20,000 bases of DNA from an uncultured virus (IMG/VR IMGVR_UViG_3300046804_004214) (IMGVR_UViG_3300046804_004214); one strand, 5' to 3'; counted from the stretch's first letter, positions 10,562 to 17,274 are shown. Numbers and translations are program-made. The notes: generated from the letters alone by a model not told the origin.

Positions 10562-12514
10562 TTATGATCTTACTAAATTTCCGTTGCTGTAACTTGAGGT
10601 TGTAATGTAATTTGATGCTGAAGGATCTAATCCAGAGGATATTTCATCAATTACCATATCAAAAGTACTACTACTAATATCTAGTTGCAAATACAAATCC
10701 TGTAAACCAATAACATCATTTGATTTTGGAATTGCAGAAATTTCAATAATACTCTGCCCATCTTTTACTTTTCCAGTATTCTGAATATTAATAGGATTTA
10801 AAGTTATTATTCCATTTTTATAATCTATTTTTCCAACATTTCTTTTTACTATAGTAGCACTAGTAGAATTTGTATCAGGAACATTAAATAAGAAAATAGA
10901 ACCAGTTTCTTTGTTGGAGTCTGGTATATCGGACAAATATACATCTTGCTGTATATCACTTACTCTGAAAACAGATGATTTTACATTGTATCCATCCATA
11001 CTCTTTATATAAAATTGATTGCCAAATCCTATAGAGTATTCTGCAAATGCATTCAATACAACTCTTAAATCTCTTCTGATTTGAATCTTAGTGATGTTTG
11101 AAGTAACAGATTCGTGACTATCATCTATAATTTTTAAGAACTTACTATATTTAAATCTAGCTCCATACTTGTTAAGTTCAGAAGACTCTGCATATTTGTT
11201 AGAATTACTTTGAATTACACTTGATACATATGAAGAACTCGGCGCAAGATTTGTATTGTAGTATACTTTTGAATCTACTTCGATATACAAATACTTTAGA
11301 TCTAAAATTTCAGGTACTATTCCAGCGACTGCATATTGCTTAAGTTTTGATTTAATATTTTCCTTGATTAAGTTTGGAATAAAATCACCAAATCTTGGCT
11401 TTATACTTATGAAAACTTTTCCATATTGAGGAGGAACTAACTCTTCTCCACCAAAAACTGAAATTGATTCTGTTTCTGGATATATTCTTGCTGGAATTAA
11501 AGTTTCATAATCATTTGCAGTTAGTGCTCTATTTTGAGAAGCATATATTCTTGGAGCGTACTTTTTAATAGATTCTACTGATTCTATATTTTCTCCTCCG
11601 GTTGCTGGAAGACCAGTACTTAAAAGAGATATTCCTGAAGTAACTGGATATCTCACTCCGTTTCTTGTATATGAAAGTCTTCCTGAGAATGTAAACTGAT
11701 TTACTCCGTTTCCACTATCACCATTAGTTACAATATATGATATACTTATTTGCGTACCTTCTTGCAATTTCTTACCAAATACTCCATCCCCAAAAATAAT
11801 TTCATATCTCTCATCTTCAACCTCTTGTAAGAAGAAAACTCTAGAATCTTTATCGATTGAAAAGAGACTATCTTGATATGAATATTTTACTTTTCTATTT
11901 CCTTCAAAAACAATAACAGATATGGTTGAGCTATCGATACCAGAATTTGGTAGGATAAATCTTTGATTTGGATTTCTTGATGAATATGTAAAAGAAGTTG
12001 TAACTACATTCCCTTCAAATATTTCTATATCATTAAACGAGGCAACATTATTAAAAACTGGTACAGTGATTCCGGAATCTTGATCACTGCCTACTACATC
12101 ATTTCCCTTGAGTACGGAAAACACAAAAGATTGATTTCCAAAAGATCCGCTAGTAGAAGCAACAACACCATCATGGAGAGTTATTGACGCAGGAGTTGGT
12201 TTTATATTACTAGTGTCTATGAAAAAACTTATCGTTGCTCTTGCACATTTCTTTGACCTTGGCACATAACCTATATTTCTAGCAAGAGAGACAACATTTT
12301 CTCTTAGAGTTGCGCTATCTATGAATACTTCATTTGCCACCATATTGGCATTGTATGAAGTAATATATGTGTTATATGCCAAGACATCGATTATTGTTGA
12401 AAGATTAGATCCTTCAAAATCATAATCAGTAAAATTCGAATTGGATTTTAAATAATCCTTAATACTACTTTTTATCTGATCAAAGTCTAAATTTGAAAAA
12501 TTGACTAGTGGCAT
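10562..12514 (-). CDS. gp6: T4-like baseplate wedge subunit gp6
   Basis: 650 aa with the characteristic N-terminus LDFDQIK...FTDYDFEGSNLSTIIDVLAYNTY...NEVFIDSATLRENVVSLARNIGYVPRS, plus YEIIFGDGVFGK and QNRALTANDYE motifs. Follows gp25. Confidence 0.93.
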   Translation of the reverse strand: MPLVNFSNLDFDQIKSSIKDYLKSNSNFTDYDFEGSNLSTIIDVLAYNTYITSYNANMVANEVFIDSATLRENVVSLARNIGYVPRSKKCARATISFFIDTSNIKPTPASITLHDGVVASTSGSFGNQSFVFSVLKGNDVVGSDQDSGITVPVFNNVASFNDIEIFEGNVVTTSFTYSSRNPNQRFILPNSGIDSSTISVIVFEGNRKVKYSYQDSLFSIDKDSRVFFLQEVEDERYEIIFGDGVFGKKLQEGTQISISYIVTNGDSGNGVNQFTFSGRLSYTRNGVRYPVTSGISLLSTGLPATGGENIESVESIKKYAPRIYASQNRALTANDYETLIPARIYPETESISVFGGEELVPPQYGKVFISIKPRFGDFIPNLIKENIKSKLKQYAVAGIVPEILDLKYLYIEVDSKVYYNTNLAPSSSYVSSVIQSNSNKYAESSELNKYGARFKYSKFLKIIDDSHESVTSNITKIQIRRDLRVVLNAFAEYSIGFGNQFYIKSMDGYNVKSSVFRVSDIQQDVYLSDIPDSNKETGSIFLFNVPDTNSTSATIVKRNVGKIDYKNGIITLNPINIQNTGKVKDGQSIIEISAIPKSNDVIGLQDLYLQLDISSSTFDMVIDEISSGLDPSASNYITTSSYSNGNLVRS

Positions 12515-12916
12515 TTACCTAGTTGGCTGCAGAGCAAATTGTAATTGTTGTGGGGGAATATCAGCACCAATAATATCGTATGTTATGATCACATCGAATG
12601 AATTATTGTCATAATCTGGATTAACCTTAACATTAACTAATTGCACCCTTGGTTCATAATTTTCAATAGAAAATTGAATTTCATCTTTTATTGCAGATGC
12701 TGTAATATCATCTACATTTTCAAATAACAACCTGCTTATTTTAGAACCAAAAAATGGATTAAAAATTTTTTCGCCAGGTACAGTGAAGACAATATTTCGC
12801 ACTGAACGAGAAATAGCAGTTTCATTTTTAAGGGCAATCAGGTCACTATTCAGGGGATTAACCTGAAATGTCATACTAATATCTTTAAAACCCTGACTTA
12901 CCCTTTCTAAAGGCAT
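12515..12916 (-). CDS. gp25: T4-like baseplate wedge subunit gp25 (GPW/gp25 family)
   Basis: 133 aa with FKDISMTF, AISRSVRNIVFTVPGEK-FNPFFGS and IENYEPRV motifs. Its stop abuts the gp6 start (TAAATG). Confidence 0.93.
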   Translation of the reverse strand: MPLERVSQGFKDISMTFQVNPLNSDLIALKNETAISRSVRNIVFTVPGEKIFNPFFGSKISRLLFENVDDITASAIKDEIQFSIENYEPRVQLVNVKVNPDYDNNSFDVIITYDIIGADIPPQQLQFALQPTR

Positions 12917-12937
12917 TAGCTAATACAATTCTTATGT

Positions 12938-12945
12938 TATTTATT
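12938..12945 (-). promoter_or_regulatory. T4-type late promoter (AATAAATA) for the gp25-gp6 operon
   Basis: AATAAATA on the minus strand about 21 nt upstream of the gp25 ATG; matches the gp55-type TATAAATA/NATAAATA consensus. Confidence 0.7.
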
Positions 12946-13198
12946 CGGGATTTTTTAATTCATAGAGTGGTTCTGTTCCATATTCCCAATCATCATAGTC
13001 GTCATCATTTCTAATTTTTGAATGAAGATCATTTTGAATAGTAAAATCATGTTTTTTTGGAGTTAAATCGTCATTTGAAATCTCCCTAAGCATTTTTTTG
13101 CTCTCAATTTGAGAATCCCACCCGTATTCATTACTTAAATGCTTAGTTCCCCACATTTGATACATATAATCTGAATTTTTATCGACTTTTTTGGTCAT
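12941..13198 (-). CDS. Hypothetical phage protein (85 aa, acidic C-terminal DDYDDWEYGTEP motif)
   Basis: ORF track entry, preceded by an AGGAG Shine-Dalgarno; sits directly upstream of gp25. Confidence 0.75.
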   Translation of the reverse strand: MTKKVDKNSDYMYQMWGTKHLSNEYGWDSQIESKKMLREISNDDLTPKKHDFTIQNDLHSKIRNDDDYDDWEYGTEPLYELKNPE

Positions 13199-13241
13199 TT
13201 TTGCTCCTGATTTGATGAAATCAGAACTTTTTACGGGGTTT

Positions 13242-13695
13242 CTATCCCGTTTTTAAGTTTTTATAGTCGTCTGCAAGAATTTCTTTTAAATATTCTTCAT
13301 CCCATAAATCATAATATGAAGTTTTTGCTAATTTTTCTCTAAATTTTCTTAATTTTTCTTTTGGTTGAGCTAAGATTATATTTTCCATTATTTGTTTGAA
13401 TTCCATTAATAAAAGTATCATATGACCCACAATCCTCAAAAAATTTCCAATTTGGGTACTCTTCATTATAAACTTCAACCCAATTTTGAATATTTTCTAA
13501 GGTTAAGCAATCTTCCACAATGAAAATTATAACATCATAATCTAAATTTGGAATTATATCATACACACTACATTCAATGATACTATATTTTGAGTTTTTT
13601 GCATATGGACATATAGCAAATCCATTTAATTCTTCACGAACTTTGGACACTTCTTTAATCCAATTTAAAATATAAAGTTCTTTTTTCGAAAACAT
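13242..13695 (-). pseudogene. Frameshifted hypothetical gene (about 150 aa if joined), split into the 118-aa and 78-aa track ORFs
   Basis: The first ORF (WIKEVSKVREELNGFAICPYAK...TNNGKYNL) ends in a short junk-like tail. The overlapping frame continues as (I)LAQPKEKLRKFREKLAKTSYYDLWDEEYLKEIL. The frames switch at ~13369-13381. Confidence 0.55.
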
Positions 13696-13729
13696 AAAAA
13701 AAAGAGTGCTAATTCTATTTAAGCACTCT
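13696..13729 (-). terminator. Intrinsic terminator with a TAAATA late-promoter core in its loop
   Basis: Minus strand AGAGTGCT-TAAATAGAATT-AGCACTCT followed by a T-run, just after the stop of the 46-aa basic ORF. Confidence 0.65.
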
Positions 13730-13736
13730 GATAATT

Positions 13737-13877
13737 TTATTTTCCTTGACCCCGATACTTTTTCTTACGTCCATTACGAGAAGTTGCACTTAGTAATGTA
13801 CGAGCAGAACGTCCTTGCCGAGTCTTCTTTGGGGCTCCCGGTTCAAAGACCGTTTTATTCATTCCACCTTTAGCCAT
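13737..13877 (-). CDS. Small, highly basic protein (46 aa)
   Basis: Manual translation: MAKGGMNKTVFEPGAPKKTRQGRSARTLLSATSRNGRKKKYRGQGK*. Strong GGAGG RBS upstream. Below the ORF-track length cutoff. Confidence 0.8.
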   Translation of the reverse strand: MAKGGMNKTVFEPGAPKKTRQGRSARTLLSATSRNGRKKKYRGQGK

Positions 13878-14028
13878 AAATTTCCTCCATTTCAATTAAA
13901 TTAGGATCAATGTCTTCACCCGAGAAATAACGCTCAGATAATTCTTGTAAGATCTCACTACATTCTTCTATAGTGAGATCTTGATGTATCTTACGACCTT
14001 TATACAAGATATTGTAAGTTTTTTTCAT
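13870..14028 (-). CDS. Hypothetical protein (52 aa)
   Basis: Manual translation: MKKTYNILYKGRKIHQDLTIEECSEILQELSERYFSGEDIDPNLIEMEEIYG*. Start overlaps the upstream stop (TGATG). Confidence 0.75.
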   Translation of the reverse strand: MKKTYNILYKGRKIHQDLTIEECSEILQELSERYFSGEDIDPNLIEMEEIYG

Positions 14029-14792
14029 CAGATAATGCGAGTTTTTTCATGCCCAACACGAACTCTTGGATCACACCAAATCTCGAAGCCTGCTTCTTTT
14101 GCATCAAGACAGAAAGAAACATCTTCACCACACATATCCTGAACTGCACCAGATTCAAAAACTTGCATCTTTGGAGCAAACCAAGGATACTCAAGATTTT
14201 CAAAGACTCCATTCTTAATGAGAACCCAACCAAATCCCGTGTAATCAACTGTGAATGGTTTACGACGTTTTGAGATACTCTCCACAGTTTCGTGATTCAT
14301 AACTCCACCATTGTTTCGGAAATCATCTTCCTCTAACCAATGAGCAACTGAGGTAGTGTGACCATCTTCAGTTGCATACCATCCAGCGACAACGGATTTT
14401 TCCTCACCTTCTGCAGAAAGTGCAAGATCGCACAATTGCCAGAATTTATTTGAGTCAAATACAATGTCACTATCAATCCAAAGTTGATAATCATATTCAA
14501 GTTTTCCATCCCACGGAACCTGCTTTGGTCCGCGAAGAACATTTGCGCCAAGACACTTGCATCGCGCAAAGTTTACCATCGATGAGTAGTCTTGAGAAAT
14601 TTGAATACTCATTCCATTCTGAACAAGATCAAAACAAAGTTGTACAAATGCTTTCAGGAAAATAAATGAACATCCTCTTCCAGGTAGACAGAAGACAATA
14701 CTCTTTCCTTTCATTCTTTCTTTAATTGCGTCATAATCCCATTCTTCTTTGGGCTTCGGTGCCGCTGCCTTTACAGTAAATCCTTTTGCCAT
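14028..14792 (-). CDS. GT-A fold (family 2-like) glycosyltransferase-like protein
   Basis: 254 aa with DYQLWIDSDIVF (DxD), VNFARCKCL, TGFGWVLIKNGVFE, GEDVSFC and VGHEK motifs typical of GT-A enzymes. Confidence 0.75.
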   Translation of the reverse strand: MAKGFTVKAAAPKPKEEWDYDAIKERMKGKSIVFCLPGRGCSFIFLKAFVQLCFDLVQNGMSIQISQDYSSMVNFARCKCLGANVLRGPKQVPWDGKLEYDYQLWIDSDIVFDSNKFWQLCDLALSAEGEEKSVVAGWYATEDGHTTSVAHWLEEDDFRNNGGVMNHETVESISKRRKPFTVDYTGFGWVLIKNGVFENLEYPWFAPKMQVFESGAVQDMCGEDVSFCLDAKEAGFEIWCDPRVRVGHEKTRII

Positions 14793-14816
14793 AAGTTAAA
14801 ATAACCTTCAATATCA

Positions 14817-14846
14817 ATTTTAACAATGTATATATCTATTTGTCAA
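14817..14846 (-). promoter_or_regulatory. Sigma70-type promoter for the glycosyltransferase-like gene
   Basis: TTGACA (14841-14846), 18-nt spacer ending TGT, then TAAAAT (14817-14822). Confidence 0.65.
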
Positions 14847-15034
14847 TGAGAAGAATTCATAATTAACTCTTTGTTTAATATCAACTCTTCATACTGCAAA
14901 TCTTCTTTTTTAAGATCCGAATCAAGTATCTCAACCATCTTGTGAAGCATATCCCAAATCTCAGAGAATTTTTTCTCTGATAGACTGTGATAAATGCACT
15001 GGTTCTTTGCATATATGTGATATACTTTTTCCAT
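14843..15034 (-). CDS. Hypothetical protein (63 aa)
   Basis: ORF track entry. Its pattern (YHIYAKNQCIYHSLSE) resembles the 52-aa ORF at 13870-14028. Confidence 0.7.
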   Translation of the reverse strand: MEKVYHIYAKNQCIYHSLSEKKFSEIWDMLHKMVEILDSDLKKEDLQYEELILNKELIMNSSH

Positions 15035-15056
15035 AAATTTTTTTCCGGAAATTTTT

Positions 15057-15227
15057 TTATTTCGTCAACGCATTATATATCATCACTATGACAATTCCGA
15101 GGGGGACTCCGATAAATCTAAAAATTTTATCAGGATATCGAATTATCCACCCCGCTAGGATTACCTTCCAGAAATTCCAATAGGGGCATCTCTGAGAATA
15201 TCTGCGGGGGTTTTGGAGTCTTGTCAT
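15057..15227 (-). CDS. Small putative membrane protein (56 aa)
   Basis: Manual translation: MTRLQNPRRYSQRCPYWNFWKVILAGWIIRYPDKIFRFIGVPLGIVIVMIYNALTK*. Hydrophobic C-terminal segment. Confidence 0.6.
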   Translation of the reverse strand: MTRLQNPRRYSQRCPYWNFWKVILAGWIIRYPDKIFRFIGVPLGIVIVMIYNALTK

Positions 15228-15375
15228 ACTTCCGGAAATTTTTAAATGAAAGATAAATCAAGGTCGGAGTACGGAGTTGTTATAGATTAGGGTAGTTTGC
15301 GATTTTTATATACGCAACGCCGCGCGGCGCTATAACGAATCGGCGGCAATTAACTGCCGAATCACTATATCACCA

Positions 15376-15417
15376 ATCATAACATTCAAGGGCACAGAGT
15401 GTCAAACCCTGTGCCCT
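15376..15417 (-). promoter_or_regulatory. Sigma70-type promoter with its -35 inside a hairpin (may also act as the terminator of the upstream gene)
   Basis: TTGACA (15400-15405), 18 nt, TG-extended TATGAT (15376-15381). Arms AGGGCACAG/CTGTGCCCT at 15389-15397 and 15409-15417. Confidence 0.6.
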
Positions 15418-15425
15418 CTCAGTTA

Positions 15426-15566
15426 TCAGAAATCAATCACATCTGCAGTGGGTTCGCTATTATAACCCTCCGAAACATCGTCAGAGGTAAGTGCATTCAG
15501 AATCTGCAGAATCTCATCGCCAGTGTTACCTTGCTTGAGCATCGAGATCATCACTTGCTTGGACAT
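15426..15566 (-). CDS. Hypothetical early protein (46 aa)
   Basis: Manual translation: MSKQVMISMLKQGNTGDEILQILNALTSDDVSEGYNSEPTADVIDF*. Double stop TGA TAA followed by a hairpin. Confidence 0.65.
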   Translation of the reverse strand: MSKQVMISMLKQGNTGDEILQILNALTSDDVSEGYNSEPTADVIDF

Positions 15567-15644
15567 AATGTAGAAGAAAAGAGTAAAGAACTGTGTGTGT
15601 TGTGAGTGTCTTTATAGGGCGCATCTCATTCCCATTCGTGTTAC

Positions 15645-15899
15645 TTAGAAGTCGAACACATCGCTATTGATTTGGATGACATTTACCTTGGGGTCATCAT
15701 AGCGAACCCCGTCAGCAGTTTCTATCGTACCGTATTCTTGAGAGAGCACAAGTACGAAGTCCTCATAACAATCACAAGAGCGGGCAAGGTTATACAAACC
15801 CTCATTATTTAGAATCCAGAGTGCAACGTTCCAGGTCTCATAATTCTCCCAACCGTTATAGGAAATGTCGAGAGCATTGCGTTGGAAAGTGGTAGTCAT
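15645..15899 (-). CDS. Conserved phage early-region protein (84 aa, YNGWxNYETWNVALW motif)
   Basis: ORF track entry. The motif is one I recognise from many phage hypothetical proteins. Confidence 0.8.
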   Translation of the reverse strand: MTTTFQRNALDISYNGWENYETWNVALWILNNEGLYNLARSCDCYEDFVLVLSQEYGTIETADGVRYDDPKVNVIQINSDVFDF

Positions 15900-15945
15900 T
15901 TCAGGAAAAGTGTAGGGGGAAAAAGTGTAAAAGAATTAGAGAGAA

Positions 15946-16119
15946 TCAATCCCACTCGCTTAACCACATCCCGTTACAGAACGATTCAATCGAACACTTA
16001 AGATTGCGGTCAGTGAGAATAACTTGCTGAAACAGAGATGCATTCAACCAAGTGGGAAACTCTCCAGCGACTTGTATACCATCAGCGGTAGGAATTACAA
16101 CTCGGAAAGTGTTAGTCAT
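15946..16119 (-). CDS. Hypothetical early protein (57 aa)
   Basis: Manual translation: MTNTFRVVIPTADGIQVAGEFPTWLNASLFQQVILTDRNLKCSIESFCNGMWLSEWD*. Lies 30 nt downstream of repeat copy 1. Confidence 0.65.
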   Translation of the reverse strand: MTNTFRVVIPTADGIQVAGEFPTWLNASLFQQVILTDRNLKCSIESFCNGMWLSEWD

Positions 16120-16148
16120 TTGGTGAAGAATTGAAGTGGGTTGGTCTT

Positions 16149-16181
16149 ATACTATAGGGACACTTTGCACGTCCCCCCTTT
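16149..16181 (-). repeat. 33-bp intergenic palindromic repeat, copy 1 (putative early promoter/operator)
   Basis: Plus strand ATACTATAGGGACACTTTGCACGTCCCCCCTTT. Confidence 0.9.
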
Positions 16182-16188
16182 TAGTAAC

Positions 16189-16434
16189 TCAGTCGCGGGG
16201 TGATGTACTCCAAGGCGCATATATGCCTTCGATTTCACCAAACGTATCACTCAGAGTTTTCTCATCATTGTGTAGAGTTTTGGTGACCAATTCTCCATTC
16301 AGAAAGAAACTATAGGTGTTGTAATACTTCCGGAAAGCATTACCATCAGCATCCCAAGATTGACGCCATTCAGTATCAGTTACGACCTGATAGATCGTGT
16401 TAGTGAAAGGAGAAGTGTAGGAGGTGATGCTCAT
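16189..16434 (-). CDS. Hypothetical early protein (81 aa)
   Basis: ORF track entry. Flanked by repeat copies 1 and 2; the ATG overlaps the end of copy 2. Confidence 0.7.
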   Translation of the reverse strand: MSITSYTSPFTNTIYQVVTDTEWRQSWDADGNAFRKYYNTYSFFLNGELVTKTLHNDEKTLSDTFGEIEGIYAPWSTSPRD

Positions 16435-16465
16435 ACTACTAGGACACTTTCAACGTCCCCCCTTT
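16433..16465 (-). repeat. 33-bp intergenic palindromic repeat, copy 2
   Basis: Plus strand ATACTACTAGGACACTTTCAACGTCCCCCCTTT. Confidence 0.9.
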
Positions 16466-16645
16466 TCAGTTACTCAGACCATCTTGGATGTTATCAAGTG
16501 CAGCAATTATCACCTCCACGCTATCCTTATCGTTCTCCTCTAGTTGTTGCATAACGTCTTGCAAGTGAGGTAGAATCTTGATGACGGATTGCGGCGCCCT
16601 GATGATACTCATTTCACCCAAATTCTTATACTTTAAGGGTCTCAT
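16466..16645 (-). CDS. Small putative DNA-binding protein (59 aa, ribbon-helix-helix-like layout)
   Basis: Manual translation: MRPLKYKNLGEMSIIRAPQSVIKILPHLQDVMQQLEENDKDSVEVIIAALDNIQDGLSN*. Basic RPxKY arm, a short IIRAP strand, then two helices. The function is inferred. Confidence 0.6.
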   Translation of the reverse strand: MRPLKYKNLGEMSIIRAPQSVIKILPHLQDVMQQLEENDKDSVEVIIAALDNIQDGLSN

Positions 16646-16698
16646 AGTTTTGTTAACATAACTGGGGGTATTTAGGGGGGGTTATGTTAACAAAACTA
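16645..16698. repeat. Perfect 18-bp inverted repeat enclosing a late-promoter core
   Basis: TAGTTTTGTTAACATAAC (16645-16662) and GTTATGTTAACAAAACTA (16681-16698). The 18-nt spacer contains CTAAATA on the minus strand (16669-16675). Confidence 0.9.
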
Positions 16699-16709
16699 AA
16701 AGTGCGTTT

Positions 16710-16883
16710 CTACCACTTAGAAGGGCAATCGAGATCCTCCACGTATGCTTCCACACGCTCAGATGGTTCGAGTTTGAATAGCTTCTCCCAGTCAATTTGG
16801 TGTGGATCGAAGTCTGCTAGAACCGACATTTCCAGGGTGATCCTATAACGCTGCTTCTGGGCTTGATGATACGCAACCGACAT
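16710..16883 (-). CDS. Hypothetical protein (57 aa)
   Basis: Manual translation: MSVAYHQAQKQRYRITLEMSVLADFDPHQIDWEKLFKLEPSERVEAYVEDLDCPSKW*. Has an AGGAG RBS and its own promoter. Confidence 0.75.
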   Translation of the reverse strand: MSVAYHQAQKQRYRITLEMSVLADFDPHQIDWEKLFKLEPSERVEAYVEDLDCPSKW

Positions 16884-16910
16884 AAGTACGCTCCTGTGAG
16901 TTATGGAATC

Positions 16911-16958
16911 ATTCTATAATACTCAGAGGTAAGTGTCAAGTACCTGAGGAGTATTTAG
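16911..16958 (-). promoter_or_regulatory. Sigma70-type promoter plus upstream late-promoter core
   Basis: TTGACA (16934-16939), 17 nt, TAGAAT (16911-16916). CTAAATA at 16952-16958. The -35 is flanked by AGGTA/TACCT and ATACTC/GAGTAT arms. Confidence 0.7.
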
Positions 16959-17014
16959 GGGCGCTCCGGGGGATTCTGCGCGGGGATTGTGGGGATTTTG
17001 TGACGCTCCGGGAC

Positions 17015-17043
17015 TTGACAAATCGCGTTCCTTTGTGTATGCT
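17015..17043 (+). promoter_or_regulatory. Divergent plus-strand sigma70-type promoter with no downstream ORF
   Basis: TTGACA (17015-17020), 17 nt, TATGCT (17038-17043). Confidence 0.6.
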
Positions 17044-17243
17044 CGCTAAGATAACAAGGTCTCAGCACATTTATAAGATCATAAACACAATCACTCAGAG
17101 AGGTTTATAAGATCATTGAGACGCTTCTCTCAGGTTATTATAACAAATATCACGAAAGAAACACACAACGCGTTTATATTTTTTAATACATTTTTAATTG
17201 ATTAAAATATAATTTTATCGTTATACATTCATCATCAAAACAT

Positions 17244-17274
17244 AAAAAAAGAGAGGGATTACCAGTCCCTCTCT
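17244..17274 (-). terminator. Intrinsic terminator
   Basis: Minus strand AGAGAGGGA-CTGGTAA-TCCCTCTCT followed by TTTTTT. Confidence 0.8.

Noticed and set aside
14000..14665. Track ORFs 14000..14248, 14049..14273, 14333..14569 and 14372..14665
   Set aside because: Alternative-frame or antisense overlaps within the well-supported 254-aa gene.
16645..16698. Inverted repeat as MITE/IS ends or a loxP/dif-like recombination site
   Set aside because: There is no transposase, recombinase or target-site duplication, and the 18-nt spacer is too long for a tyrosine-recombinase core; a regulatory reading fits better.
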